A stretch of DNA of 61,374 bases, counting the filler, from Globobulimina sp. (lineage: Eukaryota): assembly GCA_003354225.1 (NCBI GenBank). It is 22 parts of 22 records of this genome, joined end to end, with 100 filler letters (N's around TTAATTAATTAA, not from the genome) between each part and the next. Parts side by side here need not be neighbours in the genome. Positions count along the whole stretch, not along the records: positions 47,512 to 50,204 come from PIVH01005320.1; positions 50,305 to 52,997 come from PIVH01005321.1; positions 53,098 to 55,790 come from PIVH01005322.1; positions 55,891 to 58,582 come from PIVH01005323.1; 18 more parts are not named here. The stretch is one strand, 5' to 3'. Position numbers and translations under genes: made by a program. Below are positions 47,763 to 58,682 of the stretch, piece by piece. Under the pieces are notes generated by a model. That model saw nothing but the letters and a program-made list of their open reading frames with translations, ran no database searches and was not told where the DNA came from. The number at the start of each line of letters is the position of its first letter. Position 1 is the stretch's first letter.

Positions 47763-48356
47763 CTAGTTTAACAATTGAAGGTGTTTACATTCAAGCCGAT
47801 GAATGGCGTTCCATGACTTTTTTTGACAATGCCTGCTGCAATAATACATTCTGCGACATCCTGCACATTTTCTGAGTTTGGTTGTTAATGATCGCATGAC
47901 ATTGCATGTGGTGCATCTGCGTTTGTATGATGGCCACGGCAATGTGATGCCTTGTACTTTCATCCATTCTTCATAAAACACTTTGTGTGTTCCGTTATAT
48001 ACTTGCATTAAAGCACCGGCTTCTAAAACAATCGGAGAAGGTCCACATGGAACCAATTCAACTGGCACATACGAATAATTTATGCCTACAAACAAGTAAT
48101 CGCTTGTGTTTTCATTATAGATAACCAAATAATGCAAGCGGTGGCTTGTAGAATTGATGAGCGCCGTTGTATGTATCACATTAAAATCAGAGCAATCCCA
48201 TTTTGTAACTTTTGTTAATGACCCTATTGTGGAATAAACCTTTGTTGAAACTGGTTTCTCCAATTCAACAAATTTAGCATTTGAATAGTCTATTTTTTCC
48301 ATAATCTTACAATATCGAAGTGTATTGTTTCCAAATTTAGCATTTGAATAATCCAA
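47763..48356 (-). CDS. MYND zinc-finger protein (5' end unresolved)
   Basis: CTTC...LRKCAGCRRMYYCSRHCQKKSW...HRLEC. Confidence 0.85.
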   Translation of the reverse strand: MDYSNAKFGNNTLRYCKIMEKIDYSNAKFVELEKPVSTKVYSTIGSLTKVTKWDCSDFNVIHTTALINSTSHRLHYLVIYNENTSDYLFVGINYSYVPVELVPCGPSPIVLEAGALMQVYNGTHKVFYEEWMKVQGITLPWPSYKRRCTTCNVMRSLTTKLRKCAGCRRMYYCSRHCQKKSWNAIHRLECKHLQLLN

Positions 48357-48565
48357 GTTATAAAAACGAATTATGACTTATAATCTGAATGGAATTATGA
48401 CACCGCTGAAATTCGCCATAATTCATATTATATAGTTGTTTCTGTTACAGATAATGTACATAAACTATCTGTACATAGAGCTGCGATCATCAATAAAAAT
48501 ACAAAGCAAACTGTCATGTGCGTGATATTAATTTCATACAAGTTGGACTGGTGCTAAATTAAACA

Positions 48566-49675
48566 ATGGCAAACAAAGTTTCAAAAAAGAAAAAAAGGGA
48601 ATCCGCAACAGACACAAACAACCAACAACCAATCAGTCCTAGCAATGATCATAAACGAACACTAGAATCGATATCAAAACAACAGCGGAAAGAAATTGAA
48701 TTTGTTTGGTATTATCCGTCATTCACAAACACAAAATCAAAAACTACTTTATATAAATTGGATTTATCATCAATGGAAAAAATAATATCCCATTCAACCA
48801 GAACTAACAAAGTAATATGGATCAATGATTTAACAATAATGATAAATAATTATTACAATCCGTTCCAACTCCCAACAAAGCAAACAATAAACGTTCCCAA
48901 AACCAAAACAGTCAATGAATTAAAAGCAATGATTGTAAATCAATTAAACATTGATGTTTCATTTGAGGAGGTTTATGTATTTGGGCATGATGCAATTGGT
49001 TATGCTCAAGAACTTGATAATGAATTATTGATTGATGCAATTGATGAAAGATTTACTTTGTTAGTTCTATATAATGTGAAAGCACATTCGTTATTGAATA
49101 ATTATAAAAGTAAAGAATCAAACATTGTTACTGAATTAGTGTCTGTTTCCATATCTGAATATTGTATACCTTTAAAAGTAATGTTACCCTATAAATATTA
49201 TGCAGTATCAATAAAGAATTCCGATGTAAGAATAATTTTATTTGATTTAATTGATCCATACTTAAGAGATAATTACAGTGGTTGTGATGATAAAGATTTA
49301 CCATTTGAAATGAATGCATCATTAGCTATTAAAATGCGTAATAATCAACGTAGTATCCCAAGGAATGACGAGTTAATTTATCAGCAAACATTTGGATTTA
49401 CATTAAAGTTTGATGGTAATGTAGTAAATTATTGTGTTTTGCCAGATTTTGAAGCCAAACGACCAAAGCATGTATTGCCAAAAAGACAAAGAACAGCGAA
49501 TTCGAATGAAAATAATACGACTGCAAATAATTCAAATCTAAGGAGGAAACTTAATGTTAATCGCGTTGAATCAAATTGTATTATGGACAATGAATTGAAT
49601 GTGGAGTTAAATGATTCGTGTTACATGGAAATGAATTGTGAATTGAGTCAGAAAATAAACGCGTATTCTGATTGA
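48566..49675 (+). CDS. Hypothetical protein with a ubiquitin-like segment
   Basis: 369-aa ORF; TINVPKTKTVNELKAMI resembles a beta-grasp/UBL segment. Confidence 0.6.
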   Translation: MANKVSKKKKRESATDTNNQQPISPSNDHKRTLESISKQQRKEIEFVWYYPSFTNTKSKTTLYKLDLSSMEKIISHSTRTNKVIWINDLTIMINNYYNPFQLPTKQTINVPKTKTVNELKAMIVNQLNIDVSFEEVYVFGHDAIGYAQELDNELLIDAIDERFTLLVLYNVKAHSLLNNYKSKESNIVTELVSVSISEYCIPLKVMLPYKYYAVSIKNSDVRIILFDLIDPYLRDNYSGCDDKDLPFEMNASLAIKMRNNQRSIPRNDELIYQQTFGFTLKFDGNVVNYCVLPDFEAKRPKHVLPKRQRTANSNENNTTANNSNLRRKLNVNRVESNCIMDNELNVELNDSCYMEMNCELSQKINAYSD

Positions 49676-49744
49676 AGATATTGAATTATTTTGTACAGAG
49701 TATGATTTTAGAAACATTTTATCCAACTACAAAACTCTTTGAGC

Positions 49745-50104
49745 ATGTCGTTGCTTCCTTTGATTCGATTTCGACATTTAGACACGCAATTGAGTGATGA
49801 TGAATTTTTTAATCAATTTACTAAATCTGTTGGAAGAGAATTAATCACAAAATTATTATTCAATCATTTTAAAACTACTAATCCCAGAGAAATATCAACA
49901 ATTACAAATATTCAATCCGATATTATCACAAAAAGAGAAGAAAAGCAACAGATATTACCGTATGACTGTATCGATGCATTGCCAGCAGAACTAATTAGCG
50001 AATGTGGATCGTATTTGCATTATAAAGAATATTTTCGATTTGCTAAATGCAACAGAAAAACATATATTGCATGTTATGCATTTACGTATTTGATTATGAA
50101 ATGA
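49745..50104 (+). CDS. F-box-like protein fragment
   Basis: IDALPAELISECGSYL...FAKCNR resembles an F-box; the ORF ends just after it. Confidence 0.5.
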   Translation: MSLLPLIRFRHLDTQLSDDEFFNQFTKSVGRELITKLLFNHFKTTNPREISTITNIQSDIITKREEKQQILPYDCIDALPAELISECGSYLHYKEYFRFAKCNRKTYIACYAFTYLIMK

Positions 50105-50357
50105 ACCAAAATCATAATCTCAATATTTTATAAAATATAAAATATCTAAAATAAGAAAACAAATAAAATGTGGAAAGCAATATCATTAACATTCATCATA
50201 TTATNNNNNNNNNNNNNNNNNNNNNNNNNNNNNNNNNNNNNNNNNNNNTTAATTAATTAANNNNNNNNNNNNNNNNNNNNNNNNNNNNNNNNNNNNNNNN
50301 NNNNCAGGTCATTCGGAAAAAAAACACGTCTGGACTGAGAATAATTAATTTATTGAA

Positions 50358-51197
50358 CTACAATGGTCTATCTGACAAATAATTATATACTCTCTCAAAT
50401 GGTTGAATATAGAAAGCTGTAACCATTGTTAAAATATCCTCAATCAAATAATTGCCATCATGCCATGCAGCAATCAGCAATATAATGTCATTGGATGGCA
50501 CTCTTATTTCATTGAATGCTGTTAATCCCCAACAAAAACGAATGTATCCAGTGATCAAAACAGTTTTATTTTTACCTAATTCCTCATATTGTTGGTGGAT
50601 ATGATATCGATACCATGCTTTTATTGTTGGTTTTTTTCTTTTAATCATCCATCGGTTAATGATAGCCAATGGCAAATTGGATGAATTGCGTAAATGATAG
50701 CCATTGGCTTTAAATGGAGGATCAACTTTTACATTGTCCACAGGGAAGCCAATCAGACAAAAATATTTCTCTTTTTTCAGTGTAGGAACAATAGTACAAT
50801 ACGGTGCGTTGAGAAGCCTGACAACGATTCTTTTTGTTTTATCAAAATGTTTGCTATATACTGCAGTTCGCCACGACTTAGATTTTGAATCATAAACACC
50901 AATACAACAGTCGTTATTTAATAATAGATTTAATACATCGCCATAAGTTTTCAAAGATTCAGCGACAAATGGCTCTGTTTGCTCTAAATCTGAAATATCA
51001 TCATTTATATCATGAGGAATGATATTGGAATCACTGCTGTCTATGTATGCTGCAGTGGTTGATTCCAACAGCGGATGATCAATTGCAATATTTCCTGAGG
51101 AGTCCGATTCATGTAATACTTCTAGTTCAAATTCAAGTTCTTGTGTTATATTCACTTCATTTGGTTTCGTAGTACCAAAAGAAAAACAAGTGCCCAT
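50358..51197 (-). CDS. Hypothetical protein with a probable N-myristoylation/palmitoylation motif
   Basis: MGTCFS start; LITGYIR...P.NDIILLI motif near the C-terminus. Confidence 0.65.
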   Translation of the reverse strand: MGTCFSFGTTKPNEVNITQELEFELEVLHESDSSGNIAIDHPLLESTTAAYIDSSDSNIIPHDINDDISDLEQTEPFVAESLKTYGDVLNLLLNNDCCIGVYDSKSKSWRTAVYSKHFDKTKRIVVRLLNAPYCTIVPTLKKEKYFCLIGFPVDNVKVDPPFKANGYHLRNSSNLPLAIINRWMIKRKKPTIKAWYRYHIHQQYEELGKNKTVLITGYIRFCWGLTAFNEIRVPSNDIILLIAAWHDGNYLIEDILTMVTAFYIQPFERVYNYLSDRPL

Positions 51198-51428
51198 TGT
51201 TTGAAAGCTAATGAAATGTTACAAAAAAAACCTGTTTTTGGTAATAGGATTTGGACTTTTGCAGTTGGGGATGGACTCGTTCATGTTAACCTTTTTTCAA
51301 ATGCGCTCATCCCAACACAAAAAATGGAAACAAGTTACATAGCAAACAAAAAACATACAATTACCACTTTTCTGAAAGTTAATATATATTCACATGGAAC
51401 GGATGATGGAAGTCCAAATTATGTAACA

Positions 51429-52997
51429 TTATGTTTTCAACATTGTGGCAGATGTGGCTAGCTCTTTCAGTCCCTCCTCGACCAGTGTCCCTCGTTGCGA
51501 ATTGCTTTTGAGTCTGGCATCTGATTTTTTTGTGCATTGACAACATCGACATTTCAAACATGCAACAATACCCATTCCAATCCATTTACACATAAAAGTA
51601 CAAAAATTATTTGCTTTAATATGTTGCATTTCCATCAATGGATCCACATCAACAAAAGAAGCAATTCTGCCGTTAACCCCTCGGAAATCTTCACGCGTTG
51701 GTTTAGCAAACCATGCCATTTTAAACTGATGTTTCCTTTCTTCAATATATTCTTCCAATTGGTGTGAATCCATATACAATTTTTTAGACTCCCAATGTCG
51801 TAGCCATCCGGCGTGTATCATAAATATCAAATTGTATGAAATGAAGACAAACACAAAAGCCGCAAAAGAGATGGGATAATCAAAAAGTCCTTCATCGCTA
51901 AACCATGGCACTGTTTGTATCGCAGTACATGCGGTCTGCAAAGATACGCCAGAAATAAACATAAAAGAAACAATAATATACTTATGTAACAACGTTAAGT
52001 AAGCCACATTTGGTAATTCCTCAAAAACAATATCTTGAAAAGCAACAGCCGTTAACAATAATGTCACTGCCAACGACATCCTAAAGCAAAGCATGACAAA
52101 CGCATTAAAGTAATAAAAAAACATATAGAACACAAACCTCTCACCAACAATGGCCACATCTCCCAAAGCAAAGCATGACAAACTCATCAAAGTAATAAAA
52201 AACATATATAACACAACATTCCATAAATAGACTGCATAGCGACGTCTCATTTTGAATCGAATGGTTAACATAAAATATTCCGTGTCGCTGCGCGATTCGT
52301 TTGGATTGGAGCTGCGAAATTCAATGCGAGAATTATGAAATTCCCATTCATCCAACACACTGAATGAGGGATCCACGCGTGCAAAATCTGAGGGAACTCC
52401 TTTTGGATCTCCTTTTTTGGTCCGCAATGAGGGTATAAATAACGCAATGTTTATACCCCAACCTTCCCTCATCACGATAGAGAAATCCTGGCAATCCACA
52501 GGAAAATTTTCTAATTCTAACTCTTCACAAAATGTAGCATCCACTTCCAATTTCATGCGACACATAAAAGCATGCTCTGCGTCAAAACCAACCAACTCTG
52601 AGGCAAAATCCTTGATTCTCTGGACGCGATACGGTCCATCGATGCCATAATCAACTTCTTCATATAAATGAGCTTCCACAATATTTAAGAATTCATAGCG
52701 AGGACGGAAAGGTGGATACCATTCAACTTTTTTGCTTCCTCGATTTTTCTGTACGTTGGATTTTGCGAATATGCGAATAATATAATTTTTAAATCATTAT
52801 TATTTTACTTAACTTTATATTCAATGTATGATAGATATCCTTCTTTCGTTAATAGCCAATTAAAGTATATATGGAATCTGCATCTATAGGTTTCACGGAC
52901 ATTATCCACATCAGATATTCGTTTGATTTTCAATCCAACATAAATGCGTCTCGGTGCTATTGGGTTTGCAAAATAAATCACTTCTTCTGTGTCTATG
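51429..52997 (-). CDS. Pentameric ligand-gated ion channel (Cys-less Pro-loop type), 5' truncated
   Basis: IYVGL.I.RISDVDNV.ETY, ELELENFPVDCQ (Pro-loop), pre-M1 MRRR.AVYLWN, M2 GERMSLAVTLLLTAVAF, LPNVAYLTLL. Introns 52749-52813 and 52081-52137. Confidence 0.9.
52081..52217 (-). repeat. Local direct repeat: intron 52081-52137 is a copy of exon segment 52163-52217
   Basis: Manual alignment gives 51 identities in 57 columns (4 substitutions, 2 single-base gaps). Confidence 0.95.
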
Positions 52998-53097
52998 NNN
53001 NNNNNNNNNNNNNNNNNNNNNNNNNNNNNNNNNNNNNNNNNTTAATTAATTAANNNNNNNNNNNNNNNNNNNNNNNNNNNNNNNNNNNNNNNNNNNN

Positions 53098-53680
53098 TGA
53101 TCCGGTGCCGCAAAGAAAACGTACACATACACCCAGTACGCATGGTGATATTCGGAAGGGTTCCTCAATGAGTCCGGTTAACTTGGATGCTGTACAGGAA
53201 CATAAATATCCAGCACCGGATGTATCTGTTGATGCTAATGTTGGTGCTTATCATATGGCTGCGCAGCATGTAAAGTTGCAACATGCCACAGCAGGTACAT
53301 TTTTGTTATAGTTTTAATAATTTGATGTAGCAAATATTTTAATACATAACTGATGTTGTAATTTTGTTGTAGATGCTGGAGGACACAATGTAGGGGATAT
53401 AAGCAGTGATAGTGATGATCAAATGTATGTACAAGGGGATGATACACCGACATTGGGTGCTCAACAAACAGTGGGTGCTCATGTACAAAGTAAGGAAAGT
53501 ATGGATTTACAATTGGTTGCTAAGAGTAGTGTGGATATCCCCGACCTTGACAGCAGTGAGGATAACAATGAAATGATAATTATAAACAATAATGCTAATG
53601 TTATACACAACAATGCCGAAGAGATAGAGGATAATTATGAGGTGGTTGATGATGATGGAAATTTTGTATTTCAAACGTAA
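53098..53680 (+). CDS. 3' end of a hypothetical acidic protein (two exons)
   Basis: 78-nt intron 53295-53372 joins ORFs 53105-53311 and 53423-53680 in frame. Confidence 0.55.
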
Positions 53681-53872
53681 TTTATAATCTTTTCATTAAA
53701 TTGTAAAATAAAATTTGTACACATGTTTTAATATGTGTTACTGTTAAATTTATGTGTTTTTGATGGGTTCTGATGTTATATTTTAGTGTTTGAAACACTA
53801 TGAGTTCTAGTCTGTGTTAAAAAAATGTAAAAAAAATGTACACTGACTAAAAACTAACACTTTTTAGAAACA

Positions 53873-54994
53873 ATGCTTGACAATCGTGTGTTGCTTTCAA
53901 TTTCATTTCTAGTGAGCAGAGTCCATGGCGTTATATCCGGCAGCACCATAGATTGTTCAGTTCTAAACTGCAAACAAACCACAATCAATTGCGCATCGAA
54001 TACAGACTGTCACATCGATTGCTCAAATGGAATTTGTGTTAATTCAACCATTAACTGTCCAGAAAATGCGATGTGTTATTTGAATTTAGGAATTGGGCTA
54101 CAACTCATTCATATCAACGCTCAAAGTTCTACGTATTTTGAATTGCAGACAGCAGGAACTTCTTTAGTAGAAAACATGATAGTTTTTTGTCCACAAAACG
54201 GATATGCTGGAGATCAAAATATATGTAGATTCAAAGGTGATCAATATTATGATTGTGATATTTATGCGGAAGAAGGATTTCGAGATATTTATTTTGATGC
54301 TGGACAATCGTTATCAAACGTTGTTATTCACTGTGGAATAGGTCCGCTCGTCACAGAGTATCAATGCACGGCAGAAACTGATGGATCTGCATGTAGCGCC
54401 TATTGCAATTCTGATTTCCTCATTGCAACCAGTACACCGTCACAAACAACAACACCAACAAACATACCTACACATACACCGACAAATATACCGACAAACA
54501 TACCGATAAATATACCGACAAAAAATCCAACAACATCGCCAACAGATTTTACAGAAAAGCCAACAACATCACCAACAAAAATACCTACACATACACCGAC
54601 AAATATACCGACAAAAAAACCAACAACATCGCCAACAGATTTTACAGAAAAGCCAACAACATCACCAACAAACGTGCCTACAAATATACCGATAAAAATG
54701 CCAACAAATACATCAACAACATCACCAACATATAAGCCAACAATTTCACCAACAAATAAGCCAACAACATCACCACAAACATCAAATATTACACCAACTA
54801 CAACAGAAACACGAACACCAACTCCGGCGGTATCAATCTCCAGTACTTTGAGTCATTATGATGGAAATGAATCTTTGATCGCAAATTTAGTGTTGACAGG
54901 GTATTTATTGATAATTATATTGGGAGTCGTTGCTGTCATTTGCACATTGAGTGCTTTCAAATATCATAACCACCTTCGGATGACGACTACCTAA
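53873..54994 (+). CDS. Cys-rich surface protein with a Pro/Thr (PT) mucin-like stalk and TM anchor
   Basis: Signal peptide; C-x-I-x-C repeats; [TN]xPT tandem repeats at about 54430-54830; TM YLLIIILGVVAVIC. The extreme 3' end is probably replaced by bacterial DNA. Confidence 0.8.
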   Translation: MLDNRVLLSISFLVSRVHGVISGSTIDCSVLNCKQTTINCASNTDCHIDCSNGICVNSTINCPENAMCYLNLGIGLQLIHINAQSSTYFELQTAGTSLVENMIVFCPQNGYAGDQNICRFKGDQYYDCDIYAEEGFRDIYFDAGQSLSNVVIHCGIGPLVTEYQCTAETDGSACSAYCNSDFLIATSTPSQTTTPTNIPTHTPTNIPTNIPINIPTKNPTTSPTDFTEKPTTSPTKIPTHTPTNIPTKKPTTSPTDFTEKPTTSPTNVPTNIPIKMPTNTSTTSPTYKPTISPTNKPTTSPQTSNITPTTTETRTPTPAVSISSTLSHYDGNESLIANLVLTGYLLIIILGVVAVICTLSAFKYHNHLRMTTT

Positions 54995-55004
54995 TGTTGG
55001 GGAT

Positions 55005-55352
55005 TTAGCTTTCATTCACAATTGCTCCGTACACCTGTTTCAAAGCGGCGTTTATTGATACTATTTTCTGTTTACACGCAGCATTGTCTTGATCTAACGC
55101 TGTGTGTTCTAAAGCTTCGAGTAAATCTGCCGTTTGTTCAGCGCCAACGGCTTTTGCTGATGTTTTCAAAAAATGTGCCTCCTCCTTGATGGCAGTGTAA
55201 TTATTACTGTTATAGGACAGGGCAATTTTATTGACGGAAACTTTTGCTTGTTTCAAGAACTCAATTTCAAATTTTCTCGCCAAGGCAACATCATCCCCAA
55301 TGAGCTCACGCATAACGTTTCGATTGAGTATTGCACGTTGTGAATCAGTCAT
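55005..55352 (-). CDS. Bacterial Hpt (histidine phosphotransfer) protein
   Basis: EEAHFLKTSAKAVGA..LE motif. Overlaps the upstream gene by 8 nt and the next ATG (55015) in operon fashion. Confidence 0.9.
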   Translation of the reverse strand: MTDSQRAILNRNVMRELIGDDVALARKFEIEFLKQAKVSVNKIALSYNSNNYTAIKEEAHFLKTSAKAVGAEQTADLLEALEHTALDQDNAACKQKIVSINAALKQVYGAIVNES

Positions 55353-55790
55353 TGTGATACCACTCCTTTAACACCTGTTTAAGATCGGCAAGTTGAACCG
55401 GTTTACTAACAAAACTATTCATGCCTGCTTTATAACACCGTTCGGCATCGCCACTCATTGCCGCACCTGTTACCGCAATAATAGGAATAGGAACGCGATT
55501 CGTAGAGCTTTCCAATTTACGAATGGATTGTGTCATCTGATATCCATCTATTTTTGGCATATGACAATCGGTTAAAATAAGCTTATAGTCATTTTCTTGC
55601 CACTTTTGAATGCCTTGTTCACCGTCATCCGCAAGATCACAATCATAACCCAAGTTACTCATCTGTTTCATAATAAGCTTTTGATTTAGTGGATTATCTT
55701 CAACAATCAAGATCCCGCCACTAAGTGATTCTTCTTCCTCTTCTAATTCTAGACCTAGACCTTCCAAGTCCAATTCATCTAAAACCAATT
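55345..55790 (-). CDS. Bacterial receiver domain, C-terminus of a hybrid histidine kinase (5' truncated)
   Basis: ILIVEDNPLNQ, LILTDCHMPKIDGY, IPIIAVTG, AGMNSFVSKP. Confidence 0.92.
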
Positions 55791-55890
55791 NNNNNNNNNN
55801 NNNNNNNNNNNNNNNNNNNNNNNNNNNNNNNNNNTTAATTAATTAANNNNNNNNNNNNNNNNNNNNNNNNNNNNNNNNNNNNNNNNNNNN

Positions 55891-56302
55891 TAATTAAGTC
55901 CATATTATGTTTCATTTCTTCCTTTTCATTGTGTAGTTCATGCATTTGTGTTTTCATATTTTTGATGGTTTGCGTCTGTGTACATTTGATGTTTTGTTTT
56001 TCTTTTAACGTTTGAACTTTGTTTGTGTGTTCAATTTGTAATTTGATCAATTGCTGTTTGACTTGATCGTATTGTGATAAATCTGTTTGTAAATCTACAA
56101 TTTGAGTTTTCATATCATCAATTTTTTTCTGTTTTTGTACTGTTGCTTGTTCTGTCGAACGTAATACTATGTTTTCGCGCTTATTGTCATTGTCAATGCT
56201 GGTCATTTGTTCTTTTAGTTTTATGATTTGTCGTTGTAACGCCGCATTTTCATTCTTCATCTTATTGTGTTCATCTTCTTCTTTTGAGGCTGAATTGCCC
56301 AT
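55891..56302 (-). CDS. N-myristoylated coiled-coil protein (3' truncated)
   Basis: MGNSAS start followed by heptad-rich sequence. Confidence 0.6.
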
Positions 56303-56403
56303 TTTTGGTTGGTTAGTTGGTAGGGTAAAATTTAAAAAACCTTTTGTGAAATTGATAGGTTAATCTGACGCTATCAGACTTTGCGAAAGTGTTTCTATAT
56401 AAA

Positions 56404-57810
56404 TTATGCTCTTTCAATGTTACAGTTGGAAAGTTCAATAGCTATTTTAATATCATCATTGTTGAAACTCTCTATGAGTACATATATAATGCTCAAACAG
56501 AGACACAACAACCAGCAAATACCAGCAACATACATTGTTGAAAAAACAACGTTTTGTGCATACAATGATCCTGCAATTAGCACAGCAATGGCTGGCAATA
56601 CTCTTCTAATGAATTCCTTCAATCCCCCAACTTTTCCAGCATGTTCAGTTGGCTGTCTCTTTAAAATAAGTGCCTCTGAGGTCATCATATAAACACCAAG
56701 ACATAGCCCAGCAACAAAATTTAATCCCCAAAAGATATGAATATTAGATATCAATGGGAATACCACAATAAATAATATAATATTTACAATACATGGCATT
56801 ATTAATATAAATGGATATGGTATTTTCCCGTTATTCACACTTTTCTGAGCTACTCCATTCCCAATAACAAATCCAAAACACAGTGGAAATATTTGCGCTG
56901 TGGCCATCATTACAGTTGCATCAAAATGATCTCGTACAAATACGACATAATATGTTATATATAATGCCTCTGTTACGGAAGCTAAGGCATTTTGTAAAAT
57001 TGCATTTATTAATTGACACCATTCACATTTCGATATTGAATGCCAAAATTCTTTTAAATTCAAAGTTGATCGATCTGTATCAATATGAAGAATTGATGGG
57101 AATATATACATTTTATCCATATGTTGTTCATCAAATTCTGGTTTTAATGATAATTGTAATTTTTGTAACTTGTGTTGTTTTCCATAAATAAAAATGAACG
57201 AAACTATCAACATAAATATATTTAAAATAAAATTAAGCCAAAACGCACTGCGATAACTGATATAATGAGACAATATCCCCGCAATAATTGGTCCTGACAG
57301 ATAGATGATAGCATAGCCACCATACAAATAACTTGTATATTTAATGGAAGATTTGAGGGGTAATATCCAGGCAATATACGACAAACAGACTGCAACTAAA
57401 TGTACTTGACTGATTACAAAGAATACACTTAAAAATATAAAATTCATTGCTATGCACTCTCCAAATATCCCAATACATCGAATAACTAATTTAATCATAA
57501 TAGCTTTGTCATAGCCAATTACATCACCTATGCATGGATACAATACACCAACTAAAGCCAATGAAATATATCCTAACACCAATACACACACTATGCCCTT
57601 TTCTGAATGATCATCGAATTCCCGGGCATAAGAGTACCAAATAGTAAGTCTGGAGCTATATGAAAATGCTGCAAATAATGCAGATGCGATCACCCAATGA
57701 ACAACTTTAATGGATTCCAAAAGTACTTTATTCTGTCTTTGTGTATATTGGTCAGGCATAATTGCAGGATCGTTATCATTATCATTGACAATCTCTATTT
57801 GTGCTGACAT
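56404..57810 (-). CDS. Major facilitator superfamily transporter
   Basis: About 12 TM segments; GDVIGY motif A-like; GPIIAG motif C-like; first ATG at 57810. Confidence 0.85.
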   Translation of the reverse strand: MSAQIEIVNDNDNDPAIMPDQYTQRQNKVLLESIKVVHWVIASALFAAFSYSSRLTIWYSYAREFDDHSEKGIVCVLVLGYISLALVGVLYPCIGDVIGYDKAIMIKLVIRCIGIFGECIAMNFIFLSVFFVISQVHLVAVCLSYIAWILPLKSSIKYTSYLYGGYAIIYLSGPIIAGILSHYISYRSAFWLNFILNIFMLIVSFIFIYGKQHKLQKLQLSLKPEFDEQHMDKMYIFPSILHIDTDRSTLNLKEFWHSISKCEWCQLINAILQNALASVTEALYITYYVVFVRDHFDATVMMATAQIFPLCFGFVIGNGVAQKSVNNGKIPYPFILIMPCIVNIILFIVVFPLISNIHIFWGLNFVAGLCLGVYMMTSEALILKRQPTEHAGKVGGLKEFIRRVLPAIAVLIAGSLYAQNVVFSTMYVAGICWLLCLCLSIIYVLIESFNNDDIKIAIELSNCNIERA

Positions 57811-57875
57811 TGCACCTAAGTAATCAAAAAAAAGCGATGTCTTTTCAGATATTTGGATTGTAGCATTATTTATCA

Positions 57876-58582
57876 ATGCAACATTTTAAAGAGCGGTTTG
57901 GAAAAGAATGCAGGTTGATAAATGAATCTAATTTGTACAAATCATCCATAAAAAATACAAAATATGAATCCATGTCCATCACTCAACTTCAATTACATCA
58001 CAAACACGAAGCTCTGATCATTTTAAGCTATCAGTTTTCATCAATGGGGAATACGAATAATGCTGCGACATTAATGATATCTTCTAAAGATGTTCATGAC
58101 TATTTCTCGATAGCGCTAGATCACGCAATTAAAACTGGATTTGGATGTTGCGGAGTCGATGTGTATGGTCATTTAATATATGTTCTATTGTTTTATGATT
58201 ATTGTGATCCTCCCAAATATGTTCCACATTTAAACAAATTAATACAATATAAACATGAAATGAATGAGAAGGCATTACAATCGCTTGCTAGTTATAGAGA
58301 ATTGATTGAAGATACACCAGAATTTGGCGAAGTCATTTGTGTCGATATGGGAGCTGCCCGGCCAGATATAAGCGCTTCAAAATTATCCGGAGTTGTATTT
58401 TTTCAAATGTTAGCTGCTTCTGCAAGAGTTGGATTCAAATATGCATTTAGCATTGCTACGCATCCTCGTTCAATACAAATGATTTCAACAATTGCAAAAC
58501 AATATGGATCTTATTTGAGTTTCAGTACGCGTACATTTAGCATGAAAGGTTTTGAATTCAAGGATAATGTTAAACTAAATGA
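57876..58582 (+). CDS. GNAT-like (AANAT-like) acetyltransferase, 3' truncated
   Basis: VDMGAARPD...LSG...AASARVGFKYAFSIATHPRS resembles GNAT motifs A/B. Confidence 0.5.
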
Positions 58583-58682
58583 NNNNNNNNNNNNNNNNNN
58601 NNNNNNNNNNNNNNNNNNNNNNNNNNTTAATTAATTAANNNNNNNNNNNNNNNNNNNNNNNNNNNNNNNNNNNNNNNNNNNN

